Shown here: positions 21,220 to 30,745 of the stretch, in pieces | How positions within the stretch are numbered: the stretch's first letter is position 1 | How the letters are laid out: every line of letters begins with the position of its first letter | NCBI GenBank assembly: GCA_025358075.1 | Contig: JANYKU010000020.1 | Span: 428-64,427 of the forward strand | Direction: 5' to 3' | From: Ilumatobacteraceae bacterium | Lineage (GTDB): Bacteria; Actinomycetota; Acidimicrobiia; Acidimicrobiales; Ilumatobacteraceae | Length of the DNA: 64,000 nt | Notes under the pieces: generated by a model | What the model was told of the DNA's origin: nothing | Databases searched by the model: none | Seen by the model: the letters and a program-made list of their open reading frames with translations, nothing else | Position numbers and translations under genes: made by a program

Positions 21220-22011
21220 ATGCGCCCCGCTACCCTTTCGGCGATGGCAGCGGAGCGGGTCGCGATTCCCTTCACGAAACTCAGCGTCTTCTTCCCGATG
21301 TGGAACGAAGAGGCGTACATCGACCGCGCCCTCGAAGCGGCGACCACCGAGTGCCGCGACCTGCTGGCCCGCAACGAGATCCTCGACTACGAACTGATCG
21401 TCGTCGACGACGCATCGACCGATCACACGGGCAAGCTCGCCGACGAGATGGCCACGGCCGATCCGCACATCAAAGTTGTGCACCATCCGGTCAATCGCAA
21501 GCTCGGCGGCTCGATCAAGACCGGCTTCGCGACGGCCACGGGCGACGTCGTGCTGTACTCCGACGCCGATCTGCCGTTCGACATGACCGAGGTGTCGCGA
21601 GCCATCCACTTGATGCGCTACTACGAGGCCGACATCGTCAGCGCCTTCCGGTTCGACCGCACCGGCGAGGGCTCGCTGCGCACGGTCTACACCTTCTTCT
21701 ACAACTTCTTGATCCGCCGGCTGTTCGGGGTGCGGATGCGAGACATCAACTTCGCCTTCAAGTTGTGTCGCACGTCGATCTTCGACCACATCTCGCTCAG
21801 CAGCGAAGGCTCGTTCATCGACGCCGAGCTGATCATTCGGGCCAACATGCTCGGGTTCAACGTCATCCAGTTCGGCGTCGACTACTTCCCCCGTACCAGG
21901 GGCGAGAGCACGCTGGCATCGGGCAGTGTCATCCGCAAGATCGTCAGCGAGATGGTGCAGCTGCGCCGGGAGTTGCGGCACCTCCAGCCGGTTCACCAGC
22001 CGTCCGCCTGA
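21220..22011 (+). CDS. Family-2 glycosyltransferase (DPM1/polyprenyl-phosphate sugar synthase-like)
   Basis: Motifs are LSVFFPMWNEE, YELIVVDDASTDHT and VLYSDADLP (DXD). The start is the ATG at 21220 or at 21244. The 21091 start would overlap the divergent membrane gene. Confidence 0.85.
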   Translation: MRPATLSAMAAERVAIPFTKLSVFFPMWNEEAYIDRALEAATTECRDLLARNEILDYELIVVDDASTDHTGKLADEMATADPHIKVVHHPVNRKLGGSIKTGFATATGDVVLYSDADLPFDMTEVSRAIHLMRYYEADIVSAFRFDRTGEGSLRTVYTFFYNFLIRRLFGVRMRDINFAFKLCRTSIFDHISLSSEGSFIDAELIIRANMLGFNVIQFGVDYFPRTRGESTLASGSVIRKIVSEMVQLRRELRHLQPVHQPSA

Positions 22012-22091
22012 CCTTGCCGCCTGACCGGGGCTCGGCGAGGTCACTGCTAGATTGAGGGTTCGACGACCCCCCAGTCGGAGCTTGTTTCGTT

Positions 22092-23285
22092 GTGAATGCC
22101 AGGAGACCGCCGAATTCGCCGCCGCGCCAGCGTCGGCGCAGCGCGCCCACGCCGATCCGCCGCTGGATGCCCGTCATTGCCGGCGCCGGTGTGCTCGCCG
22201 TGGTGATCATTGCCGGCCTGTCGGGCATCGGTGGAACCAGTATCGCCGATACGGCCACCACAACGGTGGCCGGGTCGGCAGTGTCTGTGCCGGCGGTGCC
22301 GATCACGACCCTGCCGATCGTTGTCGACTCCGACCTCGGCATCGTCAAGACCAACCTCGCCAACACCATCAGCAAGGGAAACGTCAGCGACGACGTCAAA
22401 GTGGTGCAGCAACGATTGGCCGACCTCGGCTTCGCTCCCGGCCCGATCGACGGTGTGTTCGGGTCGGGCACGCAACAGGCGGTGTGGGCCTACGAGAAGC
22501 TGGTGCTGAAGACGCCGCGGGCACAGGCCAAGGGCCGCGTCACCGACGCCATGTGGCAGGTCATGCAGGACCGCATCACCATCCCCCCGCGCCGGCTTAC
22601 CGGCACAGGCACGACGCACATGGAGATCTACGTGCCCGAGCAAGTGGCGATCGTCTTCAAAGACGACGCACCTGAGCTGATCGCCCACATCTCCACGGGT
22701 GTCCAGAACCCCGATGGCACGCCGCAGACGTGGTGCGAGACCCTGACGTACGACACCGGGCCGAACGGCGAGCCACTCGCCACCCCTGTGACCAAACAGG
22801 AGTGCGCCGATGCCAAGACCCCTGGTGGCATCTTCCGGTTCACGCGCCGCTACGACGGCAAACGCACTGGTCCCTTGGGCGGCATGATGAACCCGGTGTA
22901 CTTCAACTTCGGCATTGCCGTGCATGGGGCCGACAACGTGCCGCTGGCGCCCGCCTCGCACGGCTGTGTCCGCCTCAATCAGACGATCGCCAAGGTCTTC
23001 CCGTCGATGGTCAAGAACGGCGACCGGGTCTACGTTTGGGGCCAAGACGGCCGCCAGCCCGAGCAGTACAGCAAGCGCGACAGCCTGCCGTCGTTCAACT
23101 ACGCCGACCCCAACGCCACCACGACCACCGAGTCGACCACCACCACGACCGCACCCACCACGACCGTCGCGCCGACGACCACCGTGAAGTCCACGACCAC
23201 GACGCCATCGGCAACGACGTCGACGGTCGGTTCGGCCACAACGACCACGTCGCCCGCACCCACCACGACCGGCCTGTTCGGCTGA
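22092..23285 (+). CDS. L,D-transpeptidase (YkuD) with PG-binding domain and Thr-rich C-terminal tail
   Basis: It has an Arg-rich N-terminus and a TM segment, then PG_binding_1 (VKVVQQRLADLGFAPGPIDGVFGSGTQQAVWAYEK). The catalytic motif is APASHGCVRL. The last 60 or so residues are almost pure Thr/Ser/Pro/Ala. Confidence 0.85.
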   Translation: MNARRPPNSPPRQRRRSAPTPIRRWMPVIAGAGVLAVVIIAGLSGIGGTSIADTATTTVAGSAVSVPAVPITTLPIVVDSDLGIVKTNLANTISKGNVSDDVKVVQQRLADLGFAPGPIDGVFGSGTQQAVWAYEKLVLKTPRAQAKGRVTDAMWQVMQDRITIPPRRLTGTGTTHMEIYVPEQVAIVFKDDAPELIAHISTGVQNPDGTPQTWCETLTYDTGPNGEPLATPVTKQECADAKTPGGIFRFTRRYDGKRTGPLGGMMNPVYFNFGIAVHGADNVPLAPASHGCVRLNQTIAKVFPSMVKNGDRVYVWGQDGRQPEQYSKRDSLPSFNYADPNATTTTESTTTTTAPTTTVAPTTTVKSTTTTPSATTSTVGSATTTTSPAPTTTGLFG

Positions 23286-23296
23286 TCCGCTCGCCC

Positions 23297-24877
23297 TCAG
23301 GGCACTGGCGCGGCGACGATTGCGACCCGCTGTTCGAGTACTTCTTCGAGCAGGCTCGAACGCTCGTTGGCGGTGTACAGCTCGAGGCTGATCTCCTTGC
23401 CACGCTTGCCCTCGGCCTCGATCACCAGCCGATCGCGACGCATCTGGGCCATCACCGATCGGACCCGCCCGTCGTGGCTGCGGTCGAGCCCGATCGCCAC
23501 GCGCAAGATCCCGGCGAGCGTTCTGACCAGGTGCTGGTCGTCGGGGGAGAGCCGCCCGAACTCTGCATGACTGGCCTTTGGGGCGCTCTTGCGGTGATAC
23601 CGGGCGATCTGGGCGATGATCTCGATCTCGGTGTCGGTCAATCCGGTGAGCTCGCTGTTGCGGATGACGTAGTAGCTGTGCAGGTGATGCTTGCTGTGCG
23701 AGATGACCAGGCCGACGTTGGCCAGCAGCGCACCGGCTTCGAGGTACTCACGGGCGTCGGCCGGCAGACCGTGCAACGACTCGGTGGCATCGAACAGCTG
23801 CAGAGCCAGAGAAGCCACGTGGGTGGAGTGGGCGAGATCGTCGTCGCATCGCTCGGCCAGGGCACGGATCGACCTGCGTGACACGTCGCGCAGGTGATGG
23901 AGTGCCCCACCCTGCAGGCGGGCGATGGTGTCGAGCAGCACTCCCTCACGCAGCGCAGCCTCGCTGAACACGAAGCCCTTGATCCCGTAGATGTCGGCGA
24001 CGCCCTCCAACACGAGCGCCCCGGCGACGATGATGTCGGCGCGGGTGGGGTCGAGCCCAGGCGTGCTTCGTCGCTCGTCGGGCGAGCGCCGCTTGACCAG
24101 CGTGTCGATGATCGACTGCAGCTCGAAGACCGTGAACTCAAAACGGTTGAACGTGTGCAGCGGCGTGTCGTCGCGGGCTGCGTGGATCATGCGGGCGATC
24201 GTCTCGGCAGTTCCCGACGAGGCGATGGCCACATCGAAGCCGAGCTCTTCGACTTCGCGTTCGAACGTAGCCAGGATCGAGCGGATGTACGAACGGCAGT
24301 CGCTGAGGGCCGCGGCGGTGACCGCGCCGCCCGGGAAGAACCGATCGGTGAGGCGTACTGCCCCGAGCTTGAAGCTGCGGGCAGTCAGTGTCTCGCCGCG
24401 TTCGCCGACCAGCACCTCGGTCGAGCCGCCGCCGATGTCGACGAGGATCAGCCGTTGGTCGAATGCCGGCACCGCCTGCAACACCCCGAGGTGGATCAGT
24501 CGGGCCTCCTCCAACCCGGAGATCACCTCGACCTCGACCTTGGCCTCGCGACGCGCTCGGCTCAAGAACACATCGGCGTTCTCGGCCTCGCGCACTGCGC
24601 TGGTGGCGACGGCCCGAACGGGAGCGTTGTGGGCGGCAGCAATCCGTTGCATGCGGCGTAGGGATGAGATGCCCCGGTCCATCGCATCGGCGGAGAGCAC
24701 CTTCATGTCACCGCCGCCGTGGCCGAGGCGAACGGTTTCCTTCTCGCGGGTGACGATCTCGTAGCCGTTCTCGAGGATCCGGGCGACCACGAGATGGAAG
24801 CTGTTGGTGCCGATGTCGAGCGCCGCAAGGGTGGTCGGACCGGTGGATGCCGTCACGGTGTGATGCGAGCCTGGCAC
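23297..24877 (-). CDS. ppx: Ppx/GppA phosphatase with C-terminal HD domain (exopolyphosphatase)
   Basis: Motifs are LAALDIGTNSFHLVV, LVDIGGGSTE, and an HD region (HSKHHLHSYYVIRNS). An alternative GTG at 24856 forms a GTGA overlap with the stop of the upstream peptidase gene. Confidence 0.9.
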   Translation of the reverse strand: MPGSHHTVTASTGPTTLAALDIGTNSFHLVVARILENGYEIVTREKETVRLGHGGGDMKVLSADAMDRGISSLRRMQRIAAAHNAPVRAVATSAVREAENADVFLSRARREAKVEVEVISGLEEARLIHLGVLQAVPAFDQRLILVDIGGGSTEVLVGERGETLTARSFKLGAVRLTDRFFPGGAVTAAALSDCRSYIRSILATFEREVEELGFDVAIASSGTAETIARMIHAARDDTPLHTFNRFEFTVFELQSIIDTLVKRRSPDERRSTPGLDPTRADIIVAGALVLEGVADIYGIKGFVFSEAALREGVLLDTIARLQGGALHHLRDVSRRSIRALAERCDDDLAHSTHVASLALQLFDATESLHGLPADAREYLEAGALLANVGLVISHSKHHLHSYYVIRNSELTGLTDTEIEIIAQIARYHRKSAPKASHAEFGRLSPDDQHLVRTLAGILRVAIGLDRSHDGRVRSVMAQMRRDRLVIEAEGKRGKEISLELYTANERSSLLEEVLEQRVAIVAAPVP

Positions 24878-26397
24878 GCCTGCAGGCCGCCGAGCACACC
24901 GGCTCGGAAGGCGTCGACCTTTTCGAAGGCACTCCCGTTGATGTTGGTGTCGGCGGTGGGGTCACTGTGCTGAATCGCCGTGACGATCGCCTCGTCGAGG
25001 TCGCCTGCCGACAACACGGTCTGATCTTTGCGATCCGTCGGCACCGGCGGCACGATGTCTTTGGCCCAGGCCCCGGTGAGGCAATCGTCGAGCAAGACGC
25101 GTGGCTCGCCCGCCAACTTGCTTCCGAGCAACCCCTGCACGTTCTCGCTGAACCCGTCGGAGATCAGATAGCCGATGGACATGTCACCGAGCAGCGGGTT
25201 GGCGATCCAATCTTCGGCCTGTTGTTGATCGACGAAGATCGTGTTGCTCGCCGGGCAGTAACGCACGTTCTTCACGAACGCCGAGCTGTCGACGCCGTCG
25301 CAGCTCGGCGTGTCGGTTCCTGCCGTGAACAAGGTCAGCTTGGGGGCCGTGAGGGTGAGGTTGGCGCTGGCCAGCTGTTCGGTCCAGAACCTGGTGAGGC
25401 TGGCAGGGATCAGCGTCACGACATCGGCAGCGCCGGTCGTGGGATTGGGATTCGGGTCGATCAGCGGGAGGTTGCCACTGGGATCCTGCGGATCGAATGG
25501 GATGTTGATCAGCTTCTTCTCGCGACCCTCGGTGAAGAAGGTCTTGCAACGCGCCGGGCCGCCCAGAAAGCCGTCCTCATAGGCACCGACTCGATCGAAG
25601 CCGGTGCCGTGCGAGTTGGCGTCGACCTGTCCGCCGAGTTGCACCGGGTCGCGAACCTGGATCATGGCGATCAGCCCACCGCGCACGTCGGAGTCGGAGA
25701 ACTTGATCACGTCACTCTCGCCGCGAGCGACGTGTGCCGACCAGGCCCCGGCGAAGCAGTCGGCCTGCTGCTCCTTGAGAATCGTCGGCTGGTTGAACTC
25801 GCCGGCGCGTTGCTGGACGGCGTGACCGAACTCGTGGGCAAGGACCACGGCCACCGCCGACTGACCGAGATCGCTGACGAGCTGCGGTAGCAACTCGGCG
25901 TCGTCGTAGGCCATGAAGTCGCCCTGGGAGCAATAGAAGGCGTTGCCCTGCACGTCGGCATACAGGGTCTGCGGTGTACCGCAGCCGGGTATCGGCTCGG
26001 TGCGTTCGGGATACGCCGCGAAGATGCCACCGGACAGCGGCGTGAAGTCCTTGCCGTACACGGTCGGGAACTGCGCCTTCCAGAACGCCTCGATGTCGCT
26101 GAACGCTGCCGTCAGGTACCCGTCGTAGCCGTTGTCCTTGTGGTTGGCACCGAAGTTGATGACGCCCTGCTGCACGGGGATCGGAGTCGTGTCGGGCGTG
26201 GTCGTGACGGTCGCGACCGTCGTGCCGTTCGTGTTGCTGGGGTTGCCCGTGTCGGTGGGGCTGTTCGTGTCGGGTGGGATCAGCTGGCCGCTGTCGTTCT
26301 GGCGCGACCTGGTGGCCTCGACACCCGTTTGCTTCACCCCGCATGCAGTGACCATCAGGAGGCTGATTGCCAGGGCGGATGCAGGCAATGCACGCAT
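24853..26397 (-). CDS. Neutral zinc metallopeptidase (YpfJ-like) lipoprotein
   Basis: The ATG at 26397 lies inside ORF 24853..27042. The signal/lipobox is MRALPASALAISLLMVTAC, followed by a Thr/Pro/Asn linker and the zinc motif VLAHEFGHAV. Confidence 0.8.
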   Translation of the reverse strand: MRALPASALAISLLMVTACGVKQTGVEATRSRQNDSGQLIPPDTNSPTDTGNPSNTNGTTVATVTTTPDTTPIPVQQGVINFGANHKDNGYDGYLTAAFSDIEAFWKAQFPTVYGKDFTPLSGGIFAAYPERTEPIPGCGTPQTLYADVQGNAFYCSQGDFMAYDDAELLPQLVSDLGQSAVAVVLAHEFGHAVQQRAGEFNQPTILKEQQADCFAGAWSAHVARGESDVIKFSDSDVRGGLIAMIQVRDPVQLGGQVDANSHGTGFDRVGAYEDGFLGGPARCKTFFTEGREKKLINIPFDPQDPSGNLPLIDPNPNPTTGAADVVTLIPASLTRFWTEQLASANLTLTAPKLTLFTAGTDTPSCDGVDSSAFVKNVRYCPASNTIFVDQQQAEDWIANPLLGDMSIGYLISDGFSENVQGLLGSKLAGEPRVLLDDCLTGAWAKDIVPPVPTDRKDQTVLSAGDLDEAIVTAIQHSDPTADTNINGSAFEKVDAFRAGVLGGLQACQARITP

Positions 26398-26453
26398 ACG
26401 GGTGGAGCTTATGCACGGCGCGTGCGAAAAGCCCGTCTGGCGCGCTGCCATCG

Positions 26454-27092
26454 TCACGTTCCGGCGACCAGGGCGCGCATCTCGGAGATCTCGTCGGTTT
26501 GACCAGTGACCATGGAGCTGGCAAATCGCCTGACCTCGGGCACGTTGGCGTGAGCCACCGCGTACTGGGCCATGTGGATGCCGCCCTGATGATGAGCGAC
26601 CATCAGTGCCACGAACAGCTTGTCGGCGTCGGTTCCTTTGCTGGCGAGAAGCTTGTTGATGTCGGCATCGGAAGCGAGACCCGGCATGCGGTCGATGGGA
26701 GTCGGTTCGTTCATCCACCTCATCGCCGTATCGCTCTCGTTCGTCAAGTTGGCGCCGAACGCGCGCAGCATCTCGATCATTCGCCCGATCTCGATGCCCT
26801 GACCGAAGACGATCTCGCGAGCGATGTCGCGCAGGTCGGGTTTGGTGCCCGTGTCGGACAGGTAGTACAGCCCCAGGTACACGGCCTGCTCGTGGTGAGC
26901 GCGCATGTCTTGCAGGAAGCCGAGGTCGGTGGTGTTCGGATCGGGTATCGCCCGGTTGTTGCCGATCAACCAGCCGAGGCCGCCGCTCAGTACGGCGATC
27001 GCCACGGCCAAGACGGCAAGGTTGAGCTTGCTCCGCCACCATGGAAGCTTCTCCGTGACGTCGGGGTCCGCCGTCTCCTCGAGTTGGTCCAT
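26454..27092 (-). CDS. DUF305 family membrane-anchored protein
   Basis: The ATG at 27092 lies inside ORF 26454..27344. It has one TM segment (LNLAVLAVAIAVLSGGLGWLI) and duplicated DUF305 motifs DMRAHHEQAV and MVAHHQGGIHMAQ. Confidence 0.85.
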   Translation of the reverse strand: MDQLEETADPDVTEKLPWWRSKLNLAVLAVAIAVLSGGLGWLIGNNRAIPDPNTTDLGFLQDMRAHHEQAVYLGLYYLSDTGTKPDLRDIAREIVFGQGIEIGRMIEMLRAFGANLTNESDTAMRWMNEPTPIDRMPGLASDADINKLLASKGTDADKLFVALMVAHHQGGIHMAQYAVAHANVPEVRRFASSMVTGQTDEISEMRALVAGT

Positions 27093-27204
27093 GGGCTCAG
27101 CTTGGCAGGTGGGCGTATGTTCGGCGCGTCGCGTGCTCGTCGATGCTTCGCCAGTGGACGTACTACCGTGTGTCGGCCAACCAGTGGCCAGGGGGCCGTG
27201 ACGC

Positions 27205-27962
27205 GTGAGTCTTCTTGATGTCCAGAACGTGTCGGTGCGATTCGGGGGGATCGTCGCCCTCGACGGTCTCAGCTTCACGATCGAAGCGGGCCAGATCTGC
27301 GGCCTCATCGGCCCGAACGGGGCGGGAAAGACCACGTTGTTCAACGTCGTCAGCCGGATCTATCAACCGTTCGAGGGCCGCGTGCTGTTCAAGGGCGAAG
27401 ATCTTCTCGCGGTTCCCGCCCACGCAATCGCCGGCCACGGCGTTGCTCGCACGTTCCAGAACCTTGCCCTGTTTCCGACGATGACGTTGCTCGAGAACGT
27501 GATGGTCGGCGCCCATTGCCAGGGTTCAGCGGGGTTTGTGCGCTCGACGCTTCGGCTGAAAACGCGCCGCGAAGAGCGACGGATCCGCGGCGAGGCCGGG
27601 GCGCTCCTCGCCCGCCTCGATCTCGCCGATCTCGCCCACCGACCTGCCGCCGGGCTGCCGTTCGGCACCCTCAAACGGCTCGAGCTGGCGCGCGCCCTGG
27701 CCTCCAAGCCGGACCTGCTCGTCATGGACGAGCCGGCCAGCGGGCTGACTCACGGCGAGGTCGACGAGCTCGGGCAACTGATCAAGTCGATCCGTAGCGA
27801 GTTCGGCCTCACCGTGTTGCTCGTCGAGCACCACATGGCGATGGTCATGGGCATCAGCGACAAGGTCGTGGCCATGGAGTTCGGCCGAACGATCGCCGAG
27901 GGCCTGCCGGCAGAGGTGCAGAACGATCCGCACGTGATCGCCGCCTACCTCGGGAGCGATGT

Positions 27963-27966
<4 letters not shown>
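27205..27966 (+). CDS. Branched-chain amino-acid ABC transporter ATPase (LivG-like)
   Basis: It has Walker A GPNGAGKTT, the signature LPFGTLKRLELARAL and Walker B LLVMDEP. Confidence 0.9.
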
Positions 27967-28673
<707 letters not shown>

Positions 28674-28676
28674 CCA

Positions 28677-29594
28677 GTGAAAGAACTGCTGCAGTACATC
28701 CTCGATGGATTGTCGATCGGCTCGATCTACGCGCTGATCGCCCTCGGCCTCGTCGTGATCTATCGAGGCACCGGCCACATCAACTTCGCCCAGGGCGAGA
28801 TGGCGTTGTTCTCCACCCTGGTCACGTGGTGGCTTCACGACAAAGGCGTACCGCTGTTGCTGGCCATCGCCATCTCCGCCGCGCTGGCGTTCGTCGGCGG
28901 TGCGTTGATCGATGTCGGGCTGATGCGCCCCGCCGGCCGACGATCTGCATTCGCTCCAGTTGTCGTCGCCATCGGGTTGTTCCAGGGACTGAACTCGCTG
29001 AGCGGATTGCTGTTCCCGAAGTCGGGACAGGGCCTGCCGTTCCCGTCGCTCTTCCCGAACAAGCCGAAGGACTTCGTGTCGATCTTCGGAGCTGCGTGGA
29101 GGATCGAGCGGATCGGTGTGCTCGCGGTCGTGCTGGTGACCACCGCCTTGCTCTTCGTGCTGTTCCAGAAGACCAAGATCGGGCTGGCGATGCGCACCGT
29201 TGCCAACGATGCGACGTCCGCGAAGTTGGTCGGCGTGCCGACGAACAGGATCCTGATGTTCTCGTGGGCGCTTGCCGCAGTCATTGGCGCGATCGGCGGC
29301 GCCCTGAAGGCCGGCATCGACACCAACGTCAGCATCGGATCGATGTTCTCGGTGTTCCTGTTGTCGGCAGCGGCGGCAACGCTTGGTGGCCTCGACAGCC
29401 CTGGCGGTGCCGTCATCGGCGGGCTCAGCCTGGGTGTGATCGAGAGCCTCGTCGGCAACTACCCGCACGACTGGCCGGCCAGCGATTGGATCGGCATCAA
29501 GACCAAGACCGTCGTCGCCTTTCTGATCATCCTCATCGTGCTGCTGGTGCGTCCATCCGGCTTGTTCGGGTCATCGAGGGTGGAGCGGGTCTGA
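28677..29594 (+). CDS. Branched-chain amino-acid ABC permease (LivH-like)
   Basis: The start reads LLQYILDGLSIGSIYALIALGLVVIYRGTGHINFAQGE, and the 305-aa protein is polytopic. Confidence 0.9.
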   Translation: MKELLQYILDGLSIGSIYALIALGLVVIYRGTGHINFAQGEMALFSTLVTWWLHDKGVPLLLAIAISAALAFVGGALIDVGLMRPAGRRSAFAPVVVAIGLFQGLNSLSGLLFPKSGQGLPFPSLFPNKPKDFVSIFGAAWRIERIGVLAVVLVTTALLFVLFQKTKIGLAMRTVANDATSAKLVGVPTNRILMFSWALAAVIGAIGGALKAGIDTNVSIGSMFSVFLLSAAAATLGGLDSPGGAVIGGLSLGVIESLVGNYPHDWPASDWIGIKTKTVVAFLIILIVLLVRPSGLFGSSRVERV

Positions 29595-29596
29595 CC

Positions 29597-30745
29597 GTGA
29601 CGTCGACGCTCCGCGCCAGGCAGATTCGATACGGCGGTTCGCTGCATTGGATCCTCCGCGCCATCGTCGCCGCCGTCTTGGTCGTGCTGGTGTGGCGCAT
29701 GGTCAGCGGTGCGGTGCCGTCGAGCCTTGGTAAGTACACCGAGGCGATGGCACTGGCGATCGCCGCGTTGTCGCTCAACCTGCTGTTCGGTTTCAACGGT
29801 CAGATCTCGATCGGCCATTCGACGTTCGCCGGCATCTCGGCGTTCTTCCTCGGCTACTCGATCCGGTTCTGGGACAACATCGCGTTCGTCTCGCTGGTCG
29901 AAGCGTGTGTGCTGTGCTTCCTGGTCGGGGTGGTGATCGGCCTGCCGGCGCTGCGTTTGAAGGGCCCGTACCTCGCACTGGTCACCCTGGCGATCGCTTA
30001 CGTGTGGCCGACCGTGGCGCGTCAGTTCATCGAGCGCAAGGTCACTGCGGTGACCGGAGAATCGGCGCTCACCAAGTTCCTCGTCCGCCCGCCCTCGTGG
30101 ACCGGTCTGAAGAACACCCGACAGGACCGGGCGCTCTATTTGTTCTGGGTCGCGCTGGCGCTGATGGTGCTGTGTTACGTCGTGGTGCGCAACCTGCGTA
30201 CGAGCCGAGTCGGACGCTCGCTGGTGGCCGTGCGCGACAACGAGACCGCCGCGGCGGTGATGGGGGTGAACCTCGCTCGCACCAAGGTGTTGACCTTCGG
30301 CGTCTCGGCAGCGATGGCCGGGGTGTCGGGCTGGCTCATCGCCGCCGAGATCGGCACGGTCGACGAGAACTCGTTCACCATCCTCACCTCGATCAAGTAC
30401 ATCCTGGCGCTGATCCTGGGTGGCGCGGCCACGTTGACCGGTCCGATCGTCGGAGCGTTCGCCTACTTCTTCGCCGACGATTACTTGAAGCGCCACGCTC
30501 CACACTGGAACTGGCTGCCCGGCAAGTTCGGCGATGGCCCGATCGCCAGCTTCCTGCTCGGTGTCCTGGTCATCGGCTTCGTGTTCATCGCCCCGCAAGG
30601 GATCGTTGGCCTGTGCCGCAGGATCGGGCGTAACATCGCCACGGTCGTGCCGGAGCCGATCCGGGGGCCGACCCACGAGCCAGCCAACGAGCCAAACAAC
30701 TTGCCAAACAACTTGCCAAACAACTTGGGGGAATCAACGTCATGA
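29597..30745 (+). CDS. Branched-chain amino-acid ABC permease (LivM-like) with PNNL-repeat C-terminus
   Basis: The GTG at 29597 lies inside ORF 28670..30745. The string NLLFGFNGQISIGHSTFAGI is present. The C-terminus is EPANEPNNLPNNLPNNLGESTS. Confidence 0.85.
   Translation: MTSTLRARQIRYGGSLHWILRAIVAAVLVVLVWRMVSGAVPSSLGKYTEAMALAIAALSLNLLFGFNGQISIGHSTFAGISAFFLGYSIRFWDNIAFVSLVEACVLCFLVGVVIGLPALRLKGPYLALVTLAIAYVWPTVARQFIERKVTAVTGESALTKFLVRPPSWTGLKNTRQDRALYLFWVALALMVLCYVVVRNLRTSRVGRSLVAVRDNETAAAVMGVNLARTKVLTFGVSAAMAGVSGWLIAAEIGTVDENSFTILTSIKYILALILGGAATLTGPIVGAFAYFFADDYLKRHAPHWNWLPGKFGDGPIASFLLGVLVIGFVFIAPQGIVGLCRRIGRNIATVVPEPIRGPTHEPANEPNNLPNNLPNNLGESTS
30691..30726 (+). repeat. Perfect 12-nt tandem repeat x3 (GCCAAACAACTT)
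   Basis: I read it directly at 30691-30702, 30703-30714 and 30715-30726. It is AT-rich relative to its surroundings and in frame (PNNL x3). It lies 16-51 nt upstream of the substrate-binding-protein ATG at 30742. Confidence 0.9.

Noticed and set aside
22054-22070. GAGGGTTCGACGACCCC looked like a tRNA T-arm.
   Set aside because: The flanks do not form complementary 5-bp stems, and no acceptor, D or anticodon arms can be built. I saw no tRNA anywhere in the window.
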